This document shows, piece after piece, positions 25,008 through 32,528 of a stretch of DNA of 38,094 bases; the stretch's first letter is position 1, and the number at the start of each line of letters is the position of its first letter. This DNA is from an uncultured Syntrophobacterales bacterium (lineage in GTDB: Bacteria; Desulfobacterota; Syntrophia; Syntrophales; UBA5619). Both the position numbers and the translations under genes were made by a program. Where the stretch lies: positions 1 through 38,094 of the forward strand of contig CAIUXU010000189.1 in NCBI GenBank assembly GCA_903903205.1. The letters run 5' to 3'. The notes beneath the pieces are model-generated. The model ran no database searches and had not been told where the DNA came from. It saw only the letters and a program-made list of their open reading frames with translations.

Positions 25008-27128
25008 TTGGCAGATCCTGTCCTGACATTTGATGAAGTAGCCGAGATCGCAGCGCATAGTTTTACCTGCATTGCGACGATGACGTCTGCGGGAGGCCAC
25101 ACGATCGCTGATTACGGGTTTCTCTATGTCGAGGGAACCACAGGCGATCCGGTCTACTCGCAGTATGTCGATAACTATGTGATAGACGGCGGCGACCCCG
25201 GCCCATCCCCGTTTGAAATGACGTTTGACTGGGAAAGGTCATCCCCGATGGATCAGGGGACATCGTACCGGGTGCGACCGTTTGTCCATTTCTCGGATGG
25301 AGATGGCGGCATTGCTTACGGGCCGACGCTCACGGTAGAAACGCCGAACGATCCCGTGGATCGATATTGGGTGGGCGGGTCGGGATACTTTGTCCAGACG
25401 GCCCACTGGTCTGATGCTTCAGGCGGGACAGGAGGGTTCTCGGTCCCGTTACGCGGGGACACGGCCCACTTCGACGAAAACTCCGGCGGCGCGACCATCC
25501 AGACATACGGCGGCGCCGCCAGGGTGGATTGTCTGCTGATTGTTGATCCAGATTGCACCCCGGTAAGCTTCTCTTTCGATGCGGCAAATTGTACACTGCA
25601 CGGCGATCTGGTTAACGTGGACCGATTCTCATGGGGAAACGCCGCCAGGTTCATCTCCAACGGGTATAATATTAGTGCTTACCAATCTCTCAGCTTATAT
25701 ACAGGTTACTCAGAATACCCTATGGGCATTTGGCTTGGCGATTCCGTTTTGTCTGTGACGCCTCGCGAGGGGACCGAATGGAGCACCTGTGAAATTTTTG
25801 TTTACCGTGGCGGGGAGCCGGACTTGACGGCCCCGGTGCTGGATACTGAAAATGCCACCCTCCGCTACGACAGCCGCAACAGTCCGCTCGACAACGCCTT
25901 GGGCCTCTACGGAGATTTTACTTTTGCATCCGTAGAGTTATTTCTTGCAGGGGATGTTAAGTGGACGGGGCTATCTCTTACCACAGAAACGCTTAGTATC
26001 GCAGGAGACGGGCGGATAGGCTTCGGCGGAACCGATACGAATGGCGATCCATACGGGACCACCGCGCTTGCGATCCTCGGACATGATGGTTTTACGGCAA
26101 CGGGAGAGACGAAGAACGGACTCGTCCTGGATAGCTGGGAAGGCGAAGTTAACGAAGTTCCGTACAAGTCCGCCCCGTGGACGCTGCATGCCGATGACGG
26201 CGCCATGTACGTCGAGAATTGCTCACTCGCCCACACGGTTGCGTCAGGTACGGCTACGTTTTGGATGGGCGGCGGCTTTACGGCAGGAGAAGGCGTTGTC
26301 GGATGGGTAGAAGACCCGCGAGGGTTGCCTCGGCTGATGATGTCGTTGACCCCCCGGGCTCCCGCTTACAACGTCTATGGCATCCCGACCGCAGAAACGC
26401 CGATGGAAGGCCATGCGCCATGGAGGCGCAACGAAGTAGATCACCCCCTGGATGCCGTGCTGCGCGGCATAGGCCCCGGATACTTCCCCGGCCTGCTTCC
26501 CCTGCGCGAGATAGAGGAAGCGGCGAGCATGGAGTTGACGGCGCGAGACCCTGCCCACAAGTGGGCGATCCCGGTCAGCCTGTCAGCAAAGAAACGGGTG
26601 TGTTACCGGTGTTATCTGATCGGCGCCGATGACGACCTGGATGATCTGGAGTTGCCCATTTCATCCTGGCAAGGCCGGGCGCGAGACGGTGAGCCGAGCT
26701 ATTTGTCGGTCGTCGTGGACAACGTCACCATTTACGGACCGCTGATCGTGGCGCGAACCAACGGAGACATTACGCTCAGAAAAGGGTACCGCTACGAGGA
26801 TGGAAGCGAGACCACGGTAGAGATGATGACCGTGGACTATGAGAGCATCCAAGTGGCCCGCGGCGGCAGAAGCGAGTCCATCACATTATCAGGCCACCGG
26901 ACGGTAGAGTCCACAAACCCGAGAGAGGTCACCGTCGAGGGGGTCAGTTACTATGCCGAGTCCGCGGACGGCAAGCGACGGGTACGGTGCAACATGGACC
27001 TGTTTCTTCGGTGCGGGGATACCTGCATTTATGGGCAGGAGACCAGTGACCAGTTCATCGTCGGCGCTATCACATATTGGGCGTCGGCAAGTCCTTTCCT
27101 GGAGTCCATGGAGGCAGTGGAAGCATGA
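25008..27128 (+). CDS. Large tail/baseplate protein
   Basis: TTG start, with AAGGAG 6 nt upstream. 706 aa. RYWVGGSGYFVQTAHWSDASGGTGGFSVPLRGDTAHFDENSG resembles the opening motif of autotransporter-associated beta-strand (PATR-like) surface proteins. Confidence 0.55.
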   Translation: MADPVLTFDEVAEIAAHSFTCIATMTSAGGHTIADYGFLYVEGTTGDPVYSQYVDNYVIDGGDPGPSPFEMTFDWERSSPMDQGTSYRVRPFVHFSDGDGGIAYGPTLTVETPNDPVDRYWVGGSGYFVQTAHWSDASGGTGGFSVPLRGDTAHFDENSGGATIQTYGGAARVDCLLIVDPDCTPVSFSFDAANCTLHGDLVNVDRFSWGNAARFISNGYNISAYQSLSLYTGYSEYPMGIWLGDSVLSVTPREGTEWSTCEIFVYRGGEPDLTAPVLDTENATLRYDSRNSPLDNALGLYGDFTFASVELFLAGDVKWTGLSLTTETLSIAGDGRIGFGGTDTNGDPYGTTALAILGHDGFTATGETKNGLVLDSWEGEVNEVPYKSAPWTLHADDGAMYVENCSLAHTVASGTATFWMGGGFTAGEGVVGWVEDPRGLPRLMMSLTPRAPAYNVYGIPTAETPMEGHAPWRRNEVDHPLDAVLRGIGPGYFPGLLPLREIEEAASMELTARDPAHKWAIPVSLSAKKRVCYRCYLIGADDDLDDLELPISSWQGRARDGEPSYLSVVVDNVTIYGPLIVARTNGDITLRKGYRYEDGSETTVEMMTVDYESIQVARGGRSESITLSGHRTVESTNPREVTVEGVSYYAESADGKRRVRCNMDLFLRCGDTCIYGQETSDQFIVGAITYWASASPFLESMEAVEA

Positions 27129-27162
27129 AAAAGCCATTAATTAAATCATAAGGAGGAACACC

Positions 27163-29097
27163 ATGCCAAAAATGAGTAAATACCCAGCGGTTACGGCCCC
27201 CGCGGAGTCGGACGTTTTTGTGGTCGACCAGGGCGGGGTTACAAAGAAGATCACGTACGCGCAGATCAGGACGGGCGTCGCCATGAACAACGGCATCAAC
27301 CGGATCGGCGTTCCCGGTGAGTGTGGATTCGGTGTCGGGATCTGTCCAGAGACAAACCTGCCGCCTGGGATGACGCCGATGTTCGGCTGCTACCAGCTCG
27401 GCCATGTGAATTATGGAAATTATACGTTTTCCGACGGTTCGATCATGGTCTATGTGCCGAAATTCTTCTATCGGCTGCACTCCTGGGCCACGTCCGCCGC
27501 AAAACAGTTCACCGCCGCCAAATCGGGTGCAGGCGGCCCGACACAGATTGATCTGCCGGCGCATGGTCTGATCAATGGCGACAAAATTTATATCTTTAAT
27601 GTCGCGGGGACTGGCTGGACCGTCCTGAATGGCCTGGTCCATACCATCACGGTAGCGGCAGACCCGAATTCGTTCACGATCCCGATTGATTCCAGCGGGT
27701 ATGCCGGAGCGACAGCGTCCACAGGCGAGTGCTGCCGGGGGTTCGGCGCGGATTTCGACTTCAATAAAAACCTGCTCACACACAACAAAAACTCCATCGC
27801 CATTCGCGGAACGGAAACCTTTGCCAACGAGGCTGCGGCGAACGTGGGCGGCTATGCCATGCACCGGGCCTTTTGGGATGGCGGCGTCTCGCAACCCGGT
27901 TTCTTTTTCGACAAGTACAAATGTAGCAAGAATGCCCTCGGGTCGGGGTTTGTCGCCTCCTCGCTTCCAAACGGCAAACCGCTGAGCATGTCTGCCGCAC
28001 ACAATCCTTTCACAGATCTGACGGGCGGCGCAAATTACTACTACTCCACAATCGATCTCGCCCATCGCCGTGATGGCGTCAACGGAAACGTCAACGCCAA
28101 TTCGATTTTCCATGAGCGGTCTCAGTTCCAGGGCGCGGCGCTGGCGATGCTTGCCATGGCTCATGGGCAGTATTCGCAAAACGATACCTGGTGCGCCTGG
28201 TACTCTGCTACAACAAACTTCCCAAAGGGCTGCAACAGTGCCGCTCTCGGAGACACGGACGATACGTTGGTCAAATATGCAAGTGATGGTTACAGCAACT
28301 GTGGACGTACCGGGTCAGGTGTGGCTTTCGCCAAGACGACTCACAACGGCCAAGCGTGCGGGATCGCAGACCTGAATGGTTTGATGTATGAGCCGAGCAT
28401 CGGGATAACCTGCATTGCTTCCACGCTGACGATCACGGGTGTCAGCGCCGCCAACCCATGCGAAATTACAACCTCAGCGAATCACGGGCTGACGACGGGA
28501 GATTTTGTCCAGGTTCTCGCAATCGCTGCGGGAACGCTTGCAACCGCCGTTAATAACGACATGTGGAGCGTTTCCACCACTGCCGATCCGAAGAAATTCA
28601 CCATAGTCCTTGACTCAAGTGCGTTAAGCGCATGGGCGTCGGGCGGGACAGCTACCAAAGGGATTTTTTACGCGGCCAAGAAGGCGACCGCCATGAAGTC
28701 GTTCACAGGCGGCAACACGATAGCTACCGATCACTGTGGCGCCACAGGTGTGGCGGCGATGATGGACATTTTTGCCCCTCCGTTCAAATCGGGGTTTGGG
28801 TTTGGGATGCGGTTCGGTTCCGGCGTCAACCAAGTTCTTTCTGAGGCGCTTTCTGGCGCGGGATGGAATCTGACAGGGCTTGGCTTTCCTGTCAATGGCG
28901 CTGCCGTGGATGCTACCGGGACAAACCTGTTCGGTAAGGATTCTTTTTATCAGTATATCCAGAACGAGATGTTTCTGTTCGCGTGCTACAGTTGGAGCAA
29001 CTACTCGGCTGCGGGGGTTTGGTACGCCAATTTCTACAGTTCGCGGGGCAGCTCCGGCGACTATGTGGGTTTGCGGGTGGCCTGTTACCCCATTTAG
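27163..29097 (+). CDS. Receptor-binding protein / tail fibre with lectin (FGE-sulfatase-like) fold C-terminus and two FCCH-like insert domains
   Basis: AAGGAGG RBS. Tail-fibre-like N-terminus (ESDVFVVDQGGVTKKITYAQI). Two repeated ~57-60-aa modules at 27538-27708 and 28456-28635 (HGL.xGD...DP..FTI..DSS). GIADLNGLMYEP and the terminal ...WSNYSAAGVWYANFYSSRGSSGDYVGLRVACYPI resemble the C-type-lectin/FGE fold. Confidence 0.6.
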   Translation: MPKMSKYPAVTAPAESDVFVVDQGGVTKKITYAQIRTGVAMNNGINRIGVPGECGFGVGICPETNLPPGMTPMFGCYQLGHVNYGNYTFSDGSIMVYVPKFFYRLHSWATSAAKQFTAAKSGAGGPTQIDLPAHGLINGDKIYIFNVAGTGWTVLNGLVHTITVAADPNSFTIPIDSSGYAGATASTGECCRGFGADFDFNKNLLTHNKNSIAIRGTETFANEAAANVGGYAMHRAFWDGGVSQPGFFFDKYKCSKNALGSGFVASSLPNGKPLSMSAAHNPFTDLTGGANYYYSTIDLAHRRDGVNGNVNANSIFHERSQFQGAALAMLAMAHGQYSQNDTWCAWYSATTNFPKGCNSAALGDTDDTLVKYASDGYSNCGRTGSGVAFAKTTHNGQACGIADLNGLMYEPSIGITCIASTLTITGVSAANPCEITTSANHGLTTGDFVQVLAIAAGTLATAVNNDMWSVSTTADPKKFTIVLDSSALSAWASGGTATKGIFYAAKKATAMKSFTGGNTIATDHCGATGVAAMMDIFAPPFKSGFGFGMRFGSGVNQVLSEALSGAGWNLTGLGFPVNGAAVDATGTNLFGKDSFYQYIQNEMFLFACYSWSNYSAAGVWYANFYSSRGSSGDYVGLRVACYPI

Positions 29098-29158
29098 CCT
29101 AAGCGATAGCGATTTCTTGGAGAAAAGTTGATGGGAATCTTGAAGGAGGGGATTGAAA

Positions 29159-29572
29159 ATGGCCAGAATCTGCAAGTACCGGAAGTTTACCGACGCTGTA
29201 ACGACACACTGCCTGCTTGAACCGGACTATGGGCGGGAGGGCAGTGAGGAGAGAATCACGGAACTGTGTACCATCGACGGCGATACCTATGTCAGCGTGC
29301 CAGACAGCATCATCCTGCCGCCGCAGCCGGAACAGATCACGGTGGAGGAGGTCACGTTGACCGACGACCTGGCTGCCGCAATCAAGGCTGCCTCCCCCCA
29401 CGTCGCCCTGATCAACCAGCGCGTCGTGGATCGTATCCGAGAGCGATACTCCGTCAACGACGAGATCAAGATGCTCCGGATCGGCCCGAGTACAGAAACC
29501 GGAGCATATAACGATTGGGTCGAGGAGTGCCGGACGTGGGGCAGGGTGGAGAAGGAAGGATTGGGACTGTAA
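29159..29572 (+). CDS. Hypothetical protein after the fibre gene (possible fibre chaperone); C-terminus paralogous to 16181..16378
   Basis: GAAGGAGGG lies 8 nt upstream of ATG 29159. It is the last gene of the rightward late operon. See the paralog evidence for 16181..16378. Confidence 0.6.
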   Translation: MARICKYRKFTDAVTTHCLLEPDYGREGSEERITELCTIDGDTYVSVPDSIILPPQPEQITVEEVTLTDDLAAAIKAASPHVALINQRVVDRIRERYSVNDEIKMLRIGPSTETGAYNDWVEECRTWGRVEKEGLGL

Positions 29573-29585
29573 ATACCCGTAAATA

Positions 29586-29623
29586 CCCACAACAAGGCTT
29601 CCTGGTGGAAGTCTTGTTGTGGG
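29586..29623. terminator. Long hairpin at the end of the late operon (possible bidirectional terminator)
   Basis: CCCACAACAAGGCTTCC (29586-29602) / GGAAGTCTTGTTGTGGG (29607-29623), 17 bp with one G-U pair and loop TGGT. There is no clean T-run on the + strand; it is U-richer on the - strand. It is preceded by a tandem GTAAATACCC x2 (29569-29588). Confidence 0.45.
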
Positions 29624-29652
29624 ATTAACAGTCCGGCAAGGATTCTCCCGCT

Positions 29653-29766
29653 GTAGTCACTTCGTAGTCACCGATCTATTAGGAGCCTGCGGGAGTATGT
29701 CGCTATCAGGGATCATGAGGATCGGGCGAGGATGGAGAGAGGGAAAATGTAGCGACTTGTAGCGAC
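29653..29766. repeat. Candidate integrase arm-type sites (P arm of attP)
   Basis: GTAGTCAC at 29653-29660 and 29664-29671. GTAGCGAC at 29749-29756 and 29759-29766. An inverted GTCGCTA is at 29699-29705. Confidence 0.45.
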
Positions 29767-29802
29767 CAAAGAAAAAGGGCCTCCTTGGGAAACCCTTTGT
29801 GG

Positions 29803-29850
29803 TGGTGGGTCGTGCGGGAATCGGACCCGCGACCAACGGATTAAAAGTCC
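29803..29850 (-). other. attP core: 3' ~48 nt of a tRNA-Lys(UUU) gene (fragment, not a functional tRNA)
   Basis: The reverse complement reads GGACTTTTAATCCGTTGGTCGCGGGTCCGATTCCCGCACGACCCACCA. This gives anticodon loop CTTTTAA, T-arm GCGGG/CCCGC, the acceptor 3' strand and CCA. No matching 5' acceptor or D-arm lies upstream. It sits 18 nt from the int stop. Confidence 0.7.
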
Positions 29851-29868
29851 AGTCTTATATTCCTAATA

Positions 29869-31020
29869 TTAAATAGTTCCACGTTTTTCGGTAGAGTCAG
29901 ACCCGGGAACCCGCGTCAATGCTGGGTTTGTGTAGAGACCGCCGTCCGTAATTAATTGTTGAGCGCGCCTTAAATCTCCCATCGAGACGTGCGAATACCA
30001 CTGTGTCGTGGAAATCTGAGAGTGGCCGAGGAACTTTTGGATGATAGAAACATTAACGTCGGAGCCCATCAAATGTGAGGCGATACTGTGCCTGAAAAGG
30101 TGTGGCGTCACTTTCTTGGTCACGCCTGCCCGCTTGCATGTTCGAGCAATCGCCGCCCTTACATCCCCTACTGGAGCCCCTGAGCGCTTCAACGCGAACA
30201 GATAAGCGCCAGCCTCCATCGGCCACAGCTCAACCAGATCCTTGACCGCCTCCACTACCTGCTCACTCAGCGGCAGTGTCTTCTCACTCCCGCCCTTCTG
30301 CCGTACCCGTACCGTGCGACTTGCAAAATCGAAATCCTCCACACGAAGCAAGCGAACCTCATTCACCCTGAACCCGAGCGCATAAAGGCAAAGGAAAAAT
30401 GCCCGGTAGAATGGTTCGCGCTCCGCAGCCTGCATGATCGCGGCGACCTCTGCCGCCGAAAGGATGGTCGGCAGCGGTCGCTTGCTGGGCAGTTTTTCGT
30501 AGTCGATTCGCGCGATATCTATTTTCTTTTCTCGCCGCAGGTATTTCAGAAACCCACCAAAATAGTCCAGTTCTTTATTAATTGTACGGTTTTTTACCGT
30601 TTCCATCCCCGTCCTGGCTTGCTGATATATAGTCATGTGTTCAGCGGATATATCCCGGACCTGATAACTGCCCAGGATCTTCTGAAATGTCTTTTCCCAT
30701 GACAACGATACATCCTTGTAACTGGTAGGCGCACGGTGGAGTTTATACCACGACAGATAATCCGGAAACAGGTCCGCAACCGTCGCACCGTGCATATCTA
30801 CCGCCATCGTAGATTTTCGGGCCTTAAATGTTGCCTCTGCCTTTTTTGCCGCCTCCGGGCTGATCCCCTCGGGCAGCGTGAAAAGCTTGCGCCCTCCGGC
30901 TCTGCCGCTTGGCCAGTAGTCGATGCCATAACGCATGGCGGTAGAACCGCAGGCCGGGCAAGTGGTCGCTTGCTGAGGGACACGATGTCGGCATTTCGCG
31001 CATTTGGTGGTTAAGGCCAT
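29869..31020 (-). CDS. int: Tyrosine integrase with N-terminal four-Cys zinc ribbon
   Basis: 383 aa. The catalytic region is LGFRVNEVRLL (Arg)...TPHLFRHSIASHL (HxxR)...LGHSQISTTQWYSHV (Tyr). The N-terminus is CAKC-x10-CPAC. Confidence 0.9.
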   Translation of the reverse strand: MALTTKCAKCRHRVPQQATTCPACGSTAMRYGIDYWPSGRAGGRKLFTLPEGISPEAAKKAEATFKARKSTMAVDMHGATVADLFPDYLSWYKLHRAPTSYKDVSLSWEKTFQKILGSYQVRDISAEHMTIYQQARTGMETVKNRTINKELDYFGGFLKYLRREKKIDIARIDYEKLPSKRPLPTILSAAEVAAIMQAAEREPFYRAFFLCLYALGFRVNEVRLLRVEDFDFASRTVRVRQKGGSEKTLPLSEQVVEAVKDLVELWPMEAGAYLFALKRSGAPVGDVRAAIARTCKRAGVTKKVTPHLFRHSIASHLMGSDVNVSIIQKFLGHSQISTTQWYSHVSMGDLRRAQQLITDGGLYTNPALTRVPGSDSTEKRGTI

Positions 31021-31050
31021 AGTTTCAAAGTCCAGGCAATTAATTAAACG

Positions 31051-31770
31051 TTAAATAATAACCGTGTCTGCCGGTAATGTGGCATAATGCTTGCAGTGTG
31101 TGTGTGTGTGTGTGTGTGCATTCATCTCCTGGGTGAGCTGTTCGTATTTTTCCGCGTCAACCATTTGTTCTAGCGCGGCTTTCGCTCGCACGAGCGACCA
31201 TTCGGCATCCGCTAAAAGAGATAGGGTCTCCCTTATTTCCGTGTCGTCTGCCGATCGGTCGCGGAAAAACGCGATAAATACGCCACCCACCATATACAGA
31301 TCCGTGTAATACTGGATGACGCACTCCACGGCCAAATTTTTGCCGTTGCTTCTCCGGTGGACGTTTATAAATCGCCCCTGCCCCGTGTTGCGAATCCGGG
31401 CGAAATCAGTTTGGAGCAGCACCTCGAACGTGCGTAGCGGTCGGCCGATAACAGCGGCCCGATCATACCCGCTCATGATTAGATAGGCGGGGTTGCACTC
31501 AATGACATTTCCGTCCAGATCGATCTCCATATATCCGTCCGCGCAGCGGAACAGGATTGCAGCCCGCACGGCTGCCAGATTGGCCGTGATCTGGTTCCCG
31601 ATGGCCATGTCTCGATATGGCTTGAAATCAACGAGTTTCCCCGTTTTGAACATCCCCACGCCTGTTCTGCTGTAAAATTGCCCCGTCCCATTCACCATGC
31701 CGTGGGGTCCATAGTGGATGGGGTACAGATCGAAATCGCGTCCAGATTCTGGAGCTGGTGTTGATATCAC
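31051..31770 (-). CDS. Stand-alone PAS-domain protein with C-terminal helix
   Basis: PAS-like core: ILFRCADGYMEIDLDGNVIECNPAYLIMSGYDRAAVIGRPL...FINVHRRSNGKNLAVECVIQYY...GGVFIAFFRDRS. The proposed GTG start at 31770 overlaps the repressor stop (GTGA). An alternative ATG is at 31698. The track start at 31914 lies inside the repressor gene. Confidence 0.6.
   Translation of the reverse strand: MISTPAPESGRDFDLYPIHYGPHGMVNGTGQFYSRTGVGMFKTGKLVDFKPYRDMAIGNQITANLAAVRAAILFRCADGYMEIDLDGNVIECNPAYLIMSGYDRAAVIGRPLRTFEVLLQTDFARIRNTGQGRFINVHRRSNGKNLAVECVIQYYTDLYMVGGVFIAFFRDRSADDTEIRETLSLLADAEWSLVRAKAALEQMVDAEKYEQLTQEMNAHTHTHTHCKHYATLPADTVII
31096..31118. repeat. (GT)11.5 dinucleotide microsatellite
   Basis: 23 nt of uninterrupted GT repeats. 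On the - strand they encode HTHTHTH near the PAS protein C-terminus. Confidence 0.95.
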
Positions 31771-32177
31771 ATCGAGACGCGGTGTTGTTCCTGCGATTCG
31801 TTGACCTCGGACACCACGATCGGCCTGGGAAGTGCCGAAAGCCGTGCGTTTTCTTTCTCTAAAAGTGCGATGGTTTTTGCTTGCGATTCTATTGTGTCCT
31901 CTTGTGAGGCACATATCTTTTTGTACATCACCAATTCGTCGTCCCTCCGTTCGGTAATTTTTCCGAACCGCTGAGCTTCGGCGGGTTCGTCATACAACAT
32001 CGTGATGGGAATATGAAAATAATCGGCAACCTTTTTTCGAGTCTCGTAAGTGAAGTTTTTTTTTGAATATAAAATATCCTGGATTCCGCCCTGGCTGATA
32101 CCTATTTTCTTCGCCAGGCCCATCTGCGTAAGCCCTTTGCTCAATTCATTTTTTACGAGTTCAACCATTTTTTCCAT
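31767..32177 (-). CDS. XRE-family HTH repressor (CI-like slot), with no S24 peptidase domain
   Basis: HTH: LTQMGLAKKIGISQGGIQDILYSKKN. C-terminal coiled coil: TIESQAKTIALLEKENARLSAL. It is divergent from the cro-like gene. The start is uncertain (ATG 32177 or 32168, or GTG 32192). Confidence 0.7.
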   Translation of the reverse strand: MEKMVELVKNELSKGLTQMGLAKKIGISQGGIQDILYSKKNFTYETRKKVADYFHIPITMLYDEPAEAQRFGKITERRDDELVMYKKICASQEDTIESQAKTIALLEKENARLSALPRPIVVSEVNESQEQHRVSM

Positions 32178-32205
32178 GATTCTTCTATACACCGTAATAT
32201 TTTTC

Positions 32206-32233
32206 TTGCAATTTAAAATTTCTGCGGTATTAT
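32206..32233 (+). promoter_or_regulatory. Sigma70-like rightward early promoter in the divergent switch region
   Basis: TTGCAA (32206-32211), 16-nt AT-rich spacer, TATTAT (32228-32233), ~30 nt upstream of the cro-like ATG. The host sigma specificity is unknown. Confidence 0.4.
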
Positions 32234-32264
32234 TCTACCCCAATGCTCGAACAAGGAAGGGACA

Positions 32265-32528
32265 ATGCAAAGATTCAGCCGAAACTCGATTAAAGTGCTC
32301 AGGGCATCCAAGGGGATGAGCCTGAAGGATTTCGCGGAAAGCGTTGGTGGCAATGTAACACGACAGTTAGTATCTCAATGGGAAAACGGAACGCAGGTGC
32401 CATCCGTACTTTCTCTATTGAAGATCGTGAACGCCCATAAGGTCCCGTTCGATATTTTTTTTGAGTCTGATAAAAACAGCAGTGGTTTTTGTGCAGGTAA
32501 ACAACCATCCCCAGGAGGCCCAACATGA
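32265..32528 (+). CDS. XRE-family HTH protein (Cro-like slot)
   Basis: MSLKDFAESVGGNVTRQLVSQWENGTQVPSVLSLLKI is a typical XRE HTH. AAGGAAGGG RBS. Confidence 0.7.
   Translation: MQRFSRNSIKVLRASKGMSLKDFAESVGGNVTRQLVSQWENGTQVPSVLSLLKIVNAHKVPFDIFFESDKNSSGFCAGKQPSPGGPT

Noticed and set aside
27070-28179. Minus-strand ORF of 369 aa
   Set aside because: It is antisense to the receptor-binding protein gene, with no motifs or start signals.
27163-29097. A complete diversity-generating retroelement around the fibre gene
   Set aside because: No reverse-transcriptase ORF and no template-repeat copy of the fibre 3' end were seen anywhere in the unit. Only the VR-like protein pattern remains, and it is reported as a hypothesis.
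29803-29880. A complete tRNA-Lys gene next to int
   Set aside because: Only the anticodon-loop-to-CCA portion is present. The sequence where the 5' acceptor stem and D-arm should be (29851-29880) is AT-rich and unrelated, so it is an attP core fragment.
31771-31914. Upstream extension of the PAS ORF to ATG 31914 (track start)
   Set aside because: It would overlap the repressor gene by 148 nt in another frame and encodes an Arg-rich low-complexity peptide. The GTG at 31770 coupled to the repressor stop (or ATG 31698) is more plausible.
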